Below are positions 1 through 10,612 of a DNA stretch of 63,255 bases, one piece after another. The notes beneath the pieces are model-generated. The model did no database searches. It was not told the DNA's origin and saw only the letters and a program-made list of their open reading frames with translations. Position 1 is the first letter of the stretch. Each line of letters opens with the position of its first letter. This DNA comes from Candidatus Poribacteria bacterium (GTDB lineage Bacteria; Poribacteria; WGA-4E; JAJDTR01). The position numbers and the translations under genes are program-made. The stretch lies in contig CBDCTK010000001.1 in NCBI GenBank assembly GCA_965222225.1, positions 1 through 63,255 of the forward strand. The letters run 5' to 3'.

Positions 1-2
1 CT

Positions 3-941
3 TATCAGCATTATTACGATCATCCAATCGACAGCGGCCGCTTTGGCGACGAATTCATTGATCCAACAATCGTTGAGGATACTAATGGCAATCCTCTGCC
101 AAGGATCTCGGATGGCGATGCTGTCATCTTTTACAATTTTAGGGGTGACAGACCGCGCGAACTCTGCAGGGCGTTTTCAACGGCTCAGTTTCCGTTTGAG
201 AGTACCGGAAAAGATGGAGTCAAGCGACAGATGGGTTTCGATCGAGGCAAGAAACTTGATATCGAGTTTGTCACGATGACGGAATACGAGCACGGTCTCC
301 CGGTCAAAGTAGCGCTTCCAAAACCCGCCAAGATGCTCAACATCCTAGGCGCATACGTGAGCGATGCCGGTTTGTCACAGTTCCGTTGCGCCGAGACGGA
401 AAAATTTCCACATGTTACGTTTTTCTTTAATGATTATCGCGACGCGCCATTCGATCGCGAAGACCGAAAAATCATTCCCTCGCCACGCAATGTTTCGACC
501 TATGATCAGAAACCCGAAATGTCCGCACCTGAGGTTACTCAAGAAATACTCCGACGAGTTGCGTCAGACATGTACGATTTGTTTGTCTTGAATTACGCCA
601 ACGGAGACATGGTTGGACATACGGGATTGTTGCCCGCCGCAGTTCAGGCGGTGGAAACGGTAGACACATGCGTCGGAATGGTCGTTGATGCAGTAATGGC
701 GCAGGGAGGTTCGATCATTGTGACTGCCGATCACGGGAACTGCGAGCAAATGATTGACCCGGAAACCGGCGGTCCCCACACCGCCCACACCACCTATGAC
801 GTTGATCTCATACTCATTGACGACAGCGTTAAGAGATGTCCACCGCTAACTGACGGCAGGCTTGCAGACATTGCTCCGACGCTGCTAGCGTTGCTTGGCT
901 TAGATCAACCTTCCGAGATGATTGGACAGTCGTTAGTCTGA
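3..941 (+). CDS. gpmI: 2,3-bisphosphoglycerate-independent phosphoglycerate mutase, 5'-truncated by the window
   Basis: Frame is open from nt 3 (GDEFIDP, DGDAVIFYNFRGDRPRE) into ORF 231-941, which carries AETEKFPHVTFF, NGDMVGHTG, TADHGNCE and HTAHT motifs. Confidence 0.95.
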   Translation, partial: YQHYYDHPIDSGRFGDEFIDPTIVEDTNGNPLPRISDGDAVIFYNFRGDRPRELCRAFSTAQFPFESTGKDGVKRQMGFDRGKKLDIEFVTMTEYEHGLPVKVALPKPAKMLNILGAYVSDAGLSQFRCAETEKFPHVTFFFNDYRDAPFDREDRKIIPSPRNVSTYDQKPEMSAPEVTQEILRRVASDMYDLFVLNYANGDMVGHTGLLPAAVQAVETVDTCVGMVVDAVMAQGGSIIVTADHGNCEQMIDPETGGPHTAHTTYDVDLILIDDSVKRCPPLTDGRLADIAPTLLALLGLDQPSEMIGQSLV

Positions 942-1204
942 TGAATTGCCCCGCGTTTCTCAATTAGCGCGAGGATAACGCATACTTAGCCTGGTATGTA
1001 TTTCCCTTCCCAGCCGCAAATCATGTAATGTTCATGACCGTTTTTCTTTCGGATTCAATCTCCAATGCCCCATGAGGCCGTCAAGCCGCGAAACCTTTCA
1101 GTGCGCACAATATCGAGTTGATTAACACGCTTTTGCACAACAATTTTAAAAAGACTATCGTCTAGAATCAGATGTGATAACCCTTCAACCACGGCAAAAT
1201 CACC

Positions 1205-1233
1205 TTGACAACGTAGCCCTCACTCTGTATAAT
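1205..1233 (+). promoter_or_regulatory. sigma70 promoter for tRNA-Gly
   Basis: TTGACA-17 bp-TATAAT, perfect consensus, just upstream of the tRNA. Confidence 0.85.
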
Positions 1234-1250
1234 TTTAGGAATTTTCGGGT

Positions 1251-1322
1251 GCGGGTGTAGCTCAGCGGTAGAGCGTCAGCTTCCCAAGCTGAGGGTCGCG
1301 GGTTCAATTCCCGTCACCCGCT
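1251..1322 (+). tRNA. tRNA-Gly(CCC)
   Basis: GCGGGTG/CACCCGC acceptor stem, TCAGC-TTCCCAA-GCTGA anticodon arm, GGTTCAATTCC T-arm; CCA not encoded. Confidence 0.97.
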
Positions 1323-1423
1323 TAGACACGACGGGGCAACGACAGAACCGCGGACAACTTGCTGTGGTCTTTACCATTCCATCCCCTATATGAAGTTTTT
1401 GCGTAAGTAAATGGGAACGGCAA

Positions 1424-1646
1424 ATGCCTATTTACGAGTATTGTTGCAAGCAATGTAATCATAAGGTTTGAGGACTTGGTAAAAGCCGTTGGGGTGAGAG
1501 AGGTTGTCATTTGCCCCGAGTGTAATAACCGCGATGTCATGCGGTTGCCTTCCGTTTTTGGCGTCGGCGCGTCGGCTATAGCAAGTGCTCCAACGGGGGA
1601 GTTACCCGTATGTGGCACGTGTAGTCAGCAGTCCGAACAGCCGTGA
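1424..1646 (+). pseudogene. FmdB-family zinc-ribbon protein, frameshifted
   Basis: MPIYEYCCKQCNHK, then one extra base at ~1463-1466; the shifted frame gives FEDLV...CPECNN...RLPSVF...CGTCS-stop. Confidence 0.8.
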
Positions 1647-1674
1647 TCCCAGCCCGAAGTTTGAAAGGAAATCA

Positions 1675-2778
1675 ATGGCTCGAAGTAACCGCCTCACCAA
1701 AGAAGAAATCAGGCATGATCGGTTTGTCGAATCAACACTCAAGTCGTACGGATTCATAAGAGATAATCTGAAAACAATTCTAATCATTGTAGTAGTTGTT
1801 ATTCTTGGCGTTGCCGGGGTACGAGCGTATCAAAACCATCAACAAACACAACATGCCAATGCATCTGCCGCTTTCAACCAGGCGCTTAAGAAATATAAGG
1901 AAGCGGAGGAGAACTGGTTAACTACCGAAAAGGCAGATGATGCCCACGAACAGCTCAAGACAACCGGCTCGGAATTTCAAGAGGTTTTCCAAAAATACCC
2001 GGGAACCCTCTTCGCCGACAAAGCCCGATATAACTATGCAAAGACGCTTTTTTTCCTAGAGGATTACCAAGGGGCGCGAACCCAATTCCAATCTGTCGTA
2101 CAAAAACATGCGCCCGAGACTGAAATGATAGCCCTATATGCTCAAGAAGCGGTCGGTAATTGTTTTGAGCAGGAAGGTAACTATAAAGAAGCGATTCAGG
2201 CGTATCAGGAAGAATCCTACCCACTAACACCACAGCTTCCCATGGCTGTTCGAGAGTTCGCGCTGGCGAATGCCAAATATAATCAGGCACTATGCTATGA
2301 AAAGCTTGGCCAGACAAACGAAGCCCTATCCTTATATGAAGATTTAGTTGACCAGTTTCACGAGAATCTGGAGAAGGCAATCCAAGAAAAGAGCCTGGAA
2401 TTGATTCTTGACGCGAAGAAGTTGATTGCTCATATTCCAGAGCCTTTAGTAATGTCAGAAGCCGAGGACTTGGAGAGTCAAGGTCGGGGCTATGACGCGC
2501 TCATTTCTTATTATGACTCGGTACGTAATTATAAGTTTCGGCGAGATGTTGAAGGTGGATTGGACGACACGCTGCGAAAACAAGTCAGAAACTTTGAAGC
2601 AAGGGTGAGTGATTTCATCAAGAATTTGAAAGACGCTCGTAGAAATGAGTCCGAGTCCGGCATTAGCATGGCACTATTTTACTACGGTCAGGCTGTCGGA
2701 CTTGACTTCGCACCGTCTCGTAGTCTCTATGAGAAAGCACTTCTTCAGCGAGACAAGAATCAACTGGCGCATAAATAG
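1675..2778 (+). CDS. membrane-anchored tetratricopeptide-repeat protein (YfgM-like N-terminus)
   Basis: ATG 1675 after GAAAGGA; RLTKEEIRHDRF leader, single TM helix, TPR-like helices (AKYNQALCYEKLGQTNEALSLYE). Confidence 0.75.
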   Translation: MARSNRLTKEEIRHDRFVESTLKSYGFIRDNLKTILIIVVVVILGVAGVRAYQNHQQTQHANASAAFNQALKKYKEAEENWLTTEKADDAHEQLKTTGSEFQEVFQKYPGTLFADKARYNYAKTLFFLEDYQGARTQFQSVVQKHAPETEMIALYAQEAVGNCFEQEGNYKEAIQAYQEESYPLTPQLPMAVREFALANAKYNQALCYEKLGQTNEALSLYEDLVDQFHENLEKAIQEKSLELILDAKKLIAHIPEPLVMSEAEDLESQGRGYDALISYYDSVRNYKFRRDVEGGLDDTLRKQVRNFEARVSDFIKNLKDARRNESESGISMALFYYGQAVGLDFAPSRSLYEKALLQRDKNQLAHK

Positions 2779-2814
2779 TTCCGTGGTTTTCATCTGGTGA
2801 GACGTTGCTAGCAA

Positions 2815-5283
2815 ATGGCTAGAATTATGAGAGAAATCATCTCCGTCCACACCGAAAGAGCGTTAGAATACGACAAGTTGAAGGCGTTGATGAAACGCTA
2901 TACGGTTTCCCAACCGGGAGCCGCAAAAGTCGATCGCTTGGCTCCACAGCGCGGAATCGGCGGAATTCGCGAGGACCTAGCGCTGTGCAGTGAGATGAAA
3001 AATGCGATTCAAGTCGTCGGTAGTTTCTCGTTAACCGGATTTCGAGATTTGGCTCCGATTCTTCGGATAGCGGCGATACCAGGTTCCATCTTGGAAGCGC
3101 ATCAATTGCTTGATGTCTGGCATGTCCTTCAAGTGACCGTGGGCGTTGATCGATTCATGCGGAAGTTGAAAAAGCTCGACTTCCCGAAGCTGTTCGCAAT
3201 CGCGGACACACTTCCAACTTTTCCCGAACTCGCCGCCTCCATTCACCGTTGCGTCAGCCCGGACGCTGAGATTCTTGATTCGGCAAGCCCCACCTTGCGA
3301 AAAATCCGCCGAAATCTGGTCAATATCCGCGAAACTATTCAGTCGAAATTAGAATCTCTCCTGCGTTCTTCCGAGCATCAGAAATCAATTCAAGATCATA
3401 TCGTCACTTTCCGCAACGACCGTTACGTTCTCCCTGTAAAACAAGACGCAAAAACCCATTTTCCCGGACTTGTTCAAGGGCAATCCGCAAGCGGAGCCAC
3501 AGTTTTCGTTGAGCCGTTCAGCGTCGTTGAGATGAACAATGATTTGCACCGATTGGCTGACGAGGAGCGCCACGAGATTCGCCGAATACTGCTTTCTCTC
3601 ACGGATGCAGTCCGCGAATGTGTCCCGGAGCTTGAGATTGCATTGGGCGTTCTAGCAGAATTGGATTTTCTTAATGCAAAGGCTAAACTCAGCATTGATT
3701 TTAACGCCGTTGAACCACGACTAAACGATTGTGGATTTACAAAACTTATCGTAGCACGGCATCCGTTGCTTGAGGTTAACCTACGGCGACAACAGAAGAA
3801 CGGTGCTGAACCTACCGCTTCCGATTCTCCATCCCGTGTGGTTCCAACAGATCTCCATCTTGGCGATCAGTTTCGCGCATTGGTGATTACCGGACCGAAT
3901 ACCGGTGGCAAGACGGTTGTTCTCAAAACGCTCGGCTTGCTTACCATGATGGCACAATCGGGACTTCACATCCCCGCGGAACATGGTAGTGAGATTGCGG
4001 TGTTCGACCAAGTATTTGCGGACATCGGTGATGACCAGAGCATTGAGCAGAATCTGAGTACGTTTTCCTCACATATCACAAAAATTGCAACCACATTGAA
4101 TCACATTGAGAGTGCCTTTGGCAAAACGGGTGAGAATTCGCTTGTGTTGCTTGATGAAATCGGAGCGGGTACCGATCCGGCTGAAGGCGCCGCACTTGGT
4201 ATGGCAATTCTCGACTGGCTCGGTGAACGAAATGTGCGAACAATAGTGACAACCCACTATGGCGCGCTTAAAAGCTATGCCCATGCAAAGGAGGATACGG
4301 AAAATGCCTCCATGGAGTTCGATTGGCAAACCCTGAGTCCCACCTATCGCCTCTTGATTGGGGTTCCCGGAAGTAGCAACGCTATCAAGGTAGCCGCGAG
4401 ACTAGGGATTCCCAGTTCCATTCTGCGTGCCGCCAAAACGCACATAGGCAATCAGAATGTCGCTATTGATGAATTGATTGTCAACATGCAACAGTCTCAG
4501 CGACAATTGGAGGAAGAACGTAAATCGCTTGAAGAGAAGAGTCGCGCCGCGGAGACATCATATCGGAAGCATGAGAATCTTATGCGGGACTTTGAAACCA
4601 ATCGCGACAAACTTACACAGGAGGCTGAAAATGAAGCGTACACAGTATTAAGTGATGCGCGACAATTAGTTGATGAGAGCATTGCTGAAATACGGCGAGA
4701 AACAGCGTCCAAACAATCAATTCGGGTTGCATTGTCGCATATTTCGAGTGCCAAAGATGAGCTAAAGGACAAGCAACAGCAACACGTCGCGATTCAATCC
4801 AATACATCTGTAACACCACCGCAGGTTGAAGTTGGAGATAAAGTGCGTCTCAAGGGGTTGAAGAACTATGGGGAAGTTCTAAGAATTTCACCAAACAGTC
4901 ATTCACCCATCACACTTCAGATTGGCAACATGCAGATGCGGATCTCGTATCAGGATATTGAACAGGTTCAGCCCCAACAGAAGAACAACAAGATTGCGAC
5001 CTCCGTCGTAGATGTGCAGCGCAGCAAAGCCGACTCGGTCAAGGCCGAGCTGCACCTTCTAGGTTACACGGTAGACCAGGCACTCGAATCTGTAGACAAG
5101 TATTTGGACGATGCTTTTCTTGCAAGTTTGCCTAAAGTACGAATTATCCACGGTAGAGGTACCGGTGCGCTGCGACAAGGGATTCATGAAGGTTTGATCG
5201 GACATCCGTTGGTTACGAGTTTTGAACTGGCACCGCGTAGTGAAGGAGGGGATGGCGCTACCGTTGTTACGCTGAAAGAGTAG
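2815..5283 (+). CDS. mutS2: endonuclease MutS2 (ATPase plus C-terminal Smr domain)
   Basis: ITGPNTGGKT Walker A, DIGDDQSIEQNLSTFSSH, LLDEIGAGTDP, Smr motif IIHGRGTGAL. Confidence 0.96.
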   Translation: MARIMREIISVHTERALEYDKLKALMKRYTVSQPGAAKVDRLAPQRGIGGIREDLALCSEMKNAIQVVGSFSLTGFRDLAPILRIAAIPGSILEAHQLLDVWHVLQVTVGVDRFMRKLKKLDFPKLFAIADTLPTFPELAASIHRCVSPDAEILDSASPTLRKIRRNLVNIRETIQSKLESLLRSSEHQKSIQDHIVTFRNDRYVLPVKQDAKTHFPGLVQGQSASGATVFVEPFSVVEMNNDLHRLADEERHEIRRILLSLTDAVRECVPELEIALGVLAELDFLNAKAKLSIDFNAVEPRLNDCGFTKLIVARHPLLEVNLRRQQKNGAEPTASDSPSRVVPTDLHLGDQFRALVITGPNTGGKTVVLKTLGLLTMMAQSGLHIPAEHGSEIAVFDQVFADIGDDQSIEQNLSTFSSHITKIATTLNHIESAFGKTGENSLVLLDEIGAGTDPAEGAALGMAILDWLGERNVRTIVTTHYGALKSYAHAKEDTENASMEFDWQTLSPTYRLLIGVPGSSNAIKVAARLGIPSSILRAAKTHIGNQNVAIDELIVNMQQSQRQLEEERKSLEEKSRAAETSYRKHENLMRDFETNRDKLTQEAENEAYTVLSDARQLVDESIAEIRRETASKQSIRVALSHISSAKDELKDKQQQHVAIQSNTSVTPPQVEVGDKVRLKGLKNYGEVLRISPNSHSPITLQIGNMQMRISYQDIEQVQPQQKNNKIATSVVDVQRSKADSVKAELHLLGYTVDQALESVDKYLDDAFLASLPKVRIIHGRGTGALRQGIHEGLIGHPLVTSFELAPRSEGGDGATVVTLKE

Positions 5284-5366
5284 CCAAACATTCTGGTGTT
5301 AGTTCAGTTACAGCGCCACATTCCACACATGGAGCAACATATACCAAAGAACTTTGGTGATTCGCG

Positions 5367-7160
5367 ATGAACGCATCTTCCTATCAGATTCCGCGCGAGA
5401 TTGTTGACGAGATTCGGGAACGAAGTGATATTGTCGAAGTGATTTCAGAGTGTGGTGTTCCACTTAGATCCGCCGGGAAGGATTACAAGGCGAATTGTCC
5501 GTTTCACGATGAGAAAACGCCATCCTTCAGTGTCTCCCCGCAAAAACAGATATTCTACTGTTTTGGCTGTCAGACCGGAGGCAACGTCATCAGTTTTGTG
5601 CAGAAGCGTGAGGGCAAATCTTTTGTCGAATCAGTTGAATGGCTAGCTAGTCGGATCGGGATGTCGCTCCCGACTCAAGATGCCAAAGCAGAACAGGCAA
5701 GCCGGAAACGTCGTGAGCTTCAAGATCTCAATCGCTTTGCTGCGCAGTATTTTCACAAGCAACTCTTGACTCCAGCCGTGGGAGGTCCGGCGCTGGCATA
5801 CTTAAAGTCTCGCGGAATAAATGACGATTCAATTCAGCAATCCCAACTCGGCTATACGACACCGGGACGCCGAGATTTGGTGAAAGCCGCGACCCAAGCC
5901 GGGTTCTCCATTCAACAATTGGTTGACGCGGGACTGATCAAGAACGATGACCGCGGACCGGTAGACCGTTTTCGTGGGCGCATTATTTTTCCGATTCTGG
6001 ATGAACGCGGTATTCCAGTCGGTTTCGGTGGTCGGGCGCTCGCAGACGATCTCCTGCCCAAATATTTGAACTCTCCTACGACCCCCCTATATGACAAGAG
6101 CAAAACCCTCTACAATCTATATCAGGCTCGGCAAGAAATCCAAAAGACGGGCACCGCGTTGCTCGTCGAAGGATATCTTGACGCTCTGATGCTTCACCAA
6201 GCGGGGATAAAGAATGTCGTCGCTTCATTAGGCACATCGTTGAGCGCGCCGCATGCCAGCTTGTTGAAGCGGTTTTCCGAGGAAGTGGTGATGGTTTATG
6301 ACGGAGATGCCGCAGGATTTCAAGCTACGCTAAGAGGACTGCATTTGCTGTTAAAGGAGGCTCTTCGCGTACGGATTTCCCTTCTTCCTCCCGACCAGGA
6401 TCCGGATTCGTTTGTGCGCAGCGAAGGCGTAGACAAGTTCAATGCCAAAATTAAAAAGTCAATCAATCTTATCGAGTTCCAAATTCAGAGAGCAGTTCGT
6501 CAAGACGCACTTCGTAACGTTGAGGTCAAAGCTCAAGCAGTAAATGAAATCGGTTTGACTCTATCAAATGTCGAAAATCAAGTTCAACTCAATGAATATG
6601 TGAAATATACAGCGCGCGAGTTGGATATCAGTGAAAATGCGCTCTGGCGAGAGCTACGAAGTATAGGTGTCGGTAGAAAAGCAAGGCACACCTCAGACGC
6701 CCCTCCAGATTTTCCATCTTTCCCGGACAGAGGTGGGTTGTCTCCCCGCGAATCTATTGAGGAGGAGCTGGTTGAAACCTTAATTCAATTTCCAGATTTA
6801 ATCCCGCATGTTCGAGAGCAGTTGCACCATGAAAACTTTACTCGCCCTGATTTGGCAAAGGTTGCACAAATGCTTTGGGAAGCGAGTGCCTCTGGGACTT
6901 CAATTGATGTACAAGACCTCATTAATTCCTCTAATGATGAACGAACAAAGGGCATTATCTCCAACGCAATGCTGCGGAAGCCCACGCCTCCGAATTCTAA
7001 GGCGAGAGTGGATGGTTGTCTACAGAAGTTTCGACAATTCCTATTGTTGGATATGGAACGGACGATGCGTTCAGAAGCTCTAACACAGGGAGACGACGAC
7101 TTTGATACGCTTGAACAGCTTGTTGAACTTTCAAATCAAAGAAGGCAATTTGTTTCTTAG
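5367..7160 (+). CDS. dnaG: DNA primase
   Basis: CPFHDEKTPSF..CFGC zinc finger, KYLNSP, VEGYLD and YDGDAAG TOPRIM motifs; lies upstream of rpoD. Confidence 0.97.
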   Translation: MNASSYQIPREIVDEIRERSDIVEVISECGVPLRSAGKDYKANCPFHDEKTPSFSVSPQKQIFYCFGCQTGGNVISFVQKREGKSFVESVEWLASRIGMSLPTQDAKAEQASRKRRELQDLNRFAAQYFHKQLLTPAVGGPALAYLKSRGINDDSIQQSQLGYTTPGRRDLVKAATQAGFSIQQLVDAGLIKNDDRGPVDRFRGRIIFPILDERGIPVGFGGRALADDLLPKYLNSPTTPLYDKSKTLYNLYQARQEIQKTGTALLVEGYLDALMLHQAGIKNVVASLGTSLSAPHASLLKRFSEEVVMVYDGDAAGFQATLRGLHLLLKEALRVRISLLPPDQDPDSFVRSEGVDKFNAKIKKSINLIEFQIQRAVRQDALRNVEVKAQAVNEIGLTLSNVENQVQLNEYVKYTARELDISENALWRELRSIGVGRKARHTSDAPPDFPSFPDRGGLSPRESIEEELVETLIQFPDLIPHVREQLHHENFTRPDLAKVAQMLWEASASGTSIDVQDLINSSNDERTKGIISNAMLRKPTPPNSKARVDGCLQKFRQFLLLDMERTMRSEALTQGDDDFDTLEQLVELSNQRRQFVS

Positions 7161-7281
7161 GTCGTAACTAACGAAGATGCAAAGTCTTCGGTATGAGTAT
7201 TTAAAAGGTGCCGCAGTTCTGTTCGTGCGGGAGTGCCCATGACTGTCATTACATCGGGCGGGGGAGGTTAATTCAACCAAA

Positions 7282-8931
7282 ATGAATAACAACGTGATTG
7301 GTTTAGTTAAGGATGATGGCTATTTTGAATACGCGGAGCGTCCGGAGACAGCGCTGGATGGTTTTGACGAACTGCTCCAAGTTCATGTAGAAACAATTAA
7401 TCTGCCTGCCGGGGCAGAAGACCTCGATGAAGGGGATTTGACAGCAATGGAAATCAAAGATAATGGTAATGCGGTTGAATTATATGAGAAGGAACTTGAT
7501 GAGAATGAGTTTCTGTTTGAGACGGGCGATCTAACCAAACTCGGAATAATGGAGAGGTATGAGGACCCTGTCAAGGTCTATCTGCGCGAAATGGGGCGGG
7601 TACCTTTGTTATCCAAAGCCCAGGAAGGAGAATTTTCCAAGAAAATCGAGGAAGGGCATCGTGATGTCCAGAGGGTCGTCTTTGAAACACCGCTAGGACG
7701 TGAAGCTGTCTTGAAACTCCTTGAGAAAATCCTAGCTGGCGAAAAGAAAGCAACGGATTTCATTGAAATGGCAATTCCGGGTTCGTCAGGAATCAATAAA
7801 GAGAGCATGATCCCTGAGGTCATAGAGGCTAAGATTTACCATCTGAGAAAGCTAAGCACTGAAATACGCCGTCAGGAACGTAAGTTGAAGTATGCGGAGC
7901 TTACTCCGGATGAAAAAGAGAGGCATCAAGACGAATTAGAGACAAATCGTAAAGACGTGGTCGACACCCTAATAGAGTTCAAGATTAATCCGGCGAAAAT
8001 CAGCAAGATTTCTGGAAAGATAAAGAGTGTAGTCAGACAGATTTCGGATTTGGAACAGAAGATTATTGAGATTGAAACTAGCAGTGAATTGGCTGCCATT
8101 CAAGCACAACATATTATTACCAAGTTAGAGCATCAGGTTGGTGTTTCCCGGGAGCAGGTTACGGAAATTTCGCGACAGATTTATGAGGGAGAGGCAATCG
8201 CCCAAGATGCCAAAATGACGATTGTGGAATCCAATTTGCGGTTGGTTGTCAGCATTGCAAAAAAATATAAAAATCGCACACCGGGATTGGTGTTTCTCGA
8301 TCTCATTCAGGAAGGGAATATCGGCTTGATGAAAGCCGTAGATAAATTCGATTATAGGCGCGGCTACAAATTTAGCACCTATGCGACGTGGTGGATTCGC
8401 CAAGGTATCACACGCGCCATCGCGGATCAAGCCCGCACGATACGTATTCCGGTACACATGATAGAAACAATACACAAGGTGATTCGCGTGTCGCGCTACT
8501 TGGTCCAGGAAAAGGGGCGCGAACCGACCCCCGAAGAAATTGGTAAAGAAATGGCGCTCCCAACAGACAAGGTAAGGCAGGTATTGCGGATTGCACAGGA
8601 GCCCATTTCATTGGAAACCCCCATTGGCGAAGAGGAAGATCGCCAACTTCGAGACTTCATTGAGGATCGAGACACGATATCACCGATAAATCAAGCTGCA
8701 TTGACAATGCTCAAAGAGCGCGTCGCGGACGTGTTAGAGACCTTGACAGAACGTGAAAAGAAGGTTCTACGCATGAGATTTGGCATTGAGGACGGTTGCC
8801 CACGGACCTTGGAAGAGGTTGGAGTAGAATTCAAGGTCACGCGGGAAAGAATTCGTCAAATAGAAGCGAAAGCGTTACGAAAGCTACGTCATCCGCTTCG
8901 CAGTCAAAAATTGCGGGGCTTTCTTGAATAG
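7282..8931 (+). CDS. rpoD: RNA polymerase primary sigma factor
   Basis: [59 protein letters not shown]. Confidence 0.97.
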   Translation: MNNNVIGLVKDDGYFEYAERPETALDGFDELLQVHVETINLPAGAEDLDEGDLTAMEIKDNGNAVELYEKELDENEFLFETGDLTKLGIMERYEDPVKVYLREMGRVPLLSKAQEGEFSKKIEEGHRDVQRVVFETPLGREAVLKLLEKILAGEKKATDFIEMAIPGSSGINKESMIPEVIEAKIYHLRKLSTEIRRQERKLKYAELTPDEKERHQDELETNRKDVVDTLIEFKINPAKISKISGKIKSVVRQISDLEQKIIEIETSSELAAIQAQHIITKLEHQVGVSREQVTEISRQIYEGEAIAQDAKMTIVESNLRLVVSIAKKYKNRTPGLVFLDLIQEGNIGLMKAVDKFDYRRGYKFSTYATWWIRQGITRAIADQARTIRIPVHMIETIHKVIRVSRYLVQEKGREPTPEEIGKEMALPTDKVRQVLRIAQEPISLETPIGEEEDRQLRDFIEDRDTISPINQAALTMLKERVADVLETLTEREKKVLRMRFGIEDGCPRTLEEVGVEFKVTRERIRQIEAKALRKLRHPLRSQKLRGFLE

Positions 8932-9007
8932 TAGTTCCTTGATCCCTAAAGTACAAATCTCTCCCAAGAATACCCAAAACCTGTTGTGTATCGGATAAGA
9001 AAACCTC

Positions 9008-9037
9008 TTGACAATTTGTGTCCGCAATTTCTATAAT
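9008..9037 (+). promoter_or_regulatory. sigma70 promoter for the tRNA pair
   Basis: TTGACA-18 bp-TATAAT. Confidence 0.8.
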
Positions 9038-9055
9038 AAAGGCGCATTTGAAAGC

Positions 9056-9129
9056 GGGCCCATAGCTCAGTCGGTTAGAGCAGCCGGCTCATAACCGGCC
9101 GGTCCTAGGTTCGAGTCCTAGTGGGCCCA
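9056..9129 (+). tRNA. tRNA with CAT anticodon, probably tRNA-Ile2 (lysidine type)
   Basis: GGGCCCA/TGGGCCC acceptor, GCCGG-CTCATAA-CCGGC arm; lacks initiator features (C1:A72 mismatch, three G:C pairs); position after rpoD matches E. coli ileX. Confidence 0.9.
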
Positions 9130-9183
9130 TTGACCCCCTTCCACTATTCTTTACGCACGTCTTCTTGCCTACCCACTTCTGAT

Positions 9184-9259
9184 GGGGCGTTAGCTCAGGG
9201 GTACGAGCGCTACCTTCACACGGTAGAAGTCACTGGTTCAAATCCAGTACGCCCCACCA
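9184..9259 (+). tRNA. tRNA-Val(CAC)
   Basis: GGGGCGT/ACGCCCC acceptor, CTACC-TTCACAC-GGTAG arm, CCA encoded. Confidence 0.95.
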
Positions 9260-9388
9260 CCCCGATTTGAGAATTTGCGGCTAGTAGATTCTGTGGTGCA
9301 CTCTGTCTGATGATTTGGAGAACAGGTGATGGACAACCGCAGGGGATTGGAAATGTCAATGGCGTCGCTAGTTATTCACCTTCATATT

Positions 9389-9501
9389 TAATCTAAGTTG
9401 CTACTTATCGGAAATTGTGGGATTTGCGTTTTTGTTTATTGATCCCGCGAGCGGGTCGGGCTAGAAGCCCGACCTACCGGAATGGGATGCAACTTAAGTT
9501 A
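9389..9501. repeat. small inverted-repeat-bounded element enclosing a REP-like hairpin
   Basis: TAATCTAAGTTGC ... GCAACTTAAGTTA (11/13 inverted match) flank GGTCGGGCT-AGA-AGCCCGACC-TAC (9454-9477). Confidence 0.55.
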
Positions 9502-9618
9502 CATACTGCGCGTTTTCAGCGCAAGTTTCAAAGTATTCAAATGCAAGGTTGTTAATTGGTATTTACGCTTGAAAAAAACACGTTTTTGAAACTCAGAATT
9601 GAAGGAAGATGAACAAAG

Positions 9619-10520
9619 ATGGAGGCCTTATCTAGGATTTTGAAAGGACTTATAGAGCAATTCCTTACCTCTGATAAGGGCGGGATACTGCTAAGTATTG
9701 TAACCATCGTTGCGCTGTTTGTTGTAAAGGCGGTGTCGACTCGTCCGATAAAGGCGTATGTCTATAAGCGAGCCTTGAAGCAGGAGAACGCCGCGAATTT
9801 CATGACAACCTGGAGGTTCTTCTAGTTTGCCCTTATAGCAATCTTTGGCATAATCAGCCTTAGCGGGTCAATCAAAGTTCTAGGTATTTCCATGGGTTTC
9901 CTTGGAATGATATTAGGATGGTCGCTACAGGCTCCCGTTACCGGAATTGCCGCATGGCTGATGCTGATACTCAAGCGTCCTTTCAAGATTGGACAGCGAG
10001 TCATTATCGCCGGTATAACGGGCGACGTGGTCGATATTACTCTTACTCATGTGATTCTTAATCAGGTTGGCGGTACCGTTGCGGGCAACGGTCGGGACGC
10101 GGTATACTTATTCCAAATGCCATCTTGTTCAGTCAAACAATCACAAATTATACGCTTGATGTAGAGTACATCCTGAGTGAAGTTCCGGTGCGAATAACAT
10201 TCGAGTCTGATTGGGACGAAGCCGAGAAAATCCTGTTGTATGCAGCGGAACAGATTACAGCCGATGCCATCAAGAAAACGGGCGAGGCGCCGTTCGTAAG
10301 AGCAGAATTGTTCGACGCCGGAGTATTGATGCGTTTACGGTATAAAACACGTCCCGCGGATTATGTGCAGAATATCAATGATATTGTGAAAGTCATTCAT
10401 GCCGAATTCCGAAAAAGTGACAAAGTGGAATTCTGCTACCCGCATTCCGAAGTGGTCTACTCGTTAAAGAAACAGCCCTCTCCGATAGCGACGGCAAACA
10501 GCCTAACGAGGGGCACATAG
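9619..10520 (+). pseudogene. MscS-family mechanosensitive channel, disrupted
   Basis: In-frame TAG at 9823-9825, then RPFKIGQRVII and GDVVDITL; frameshift near 10085 into SGRGILIPNAILFSQ...FCYPH. Confidence 0.85.
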
Positions 10521-10612
10521 CGTATTTATGCGTCGGACAGCGTTTTAGCAGTCAGTTTAGCCCTCCTTATTTCATACCTGTTGCATTAGCCGGTAGTCTG
10601 TCGGTTCCTGTC

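Noticed and set aside
9191-9210. Slightly odd D-loop (GGTACGAGC) in tRNA-Val
   Set aside because: All stems pair and CCA is encoded; within normal variation
1251-9259. tRNA genes as prophage or island integration sites
   Set aside because: I noticed no integrase or duplicated tRNA 3' end in the window
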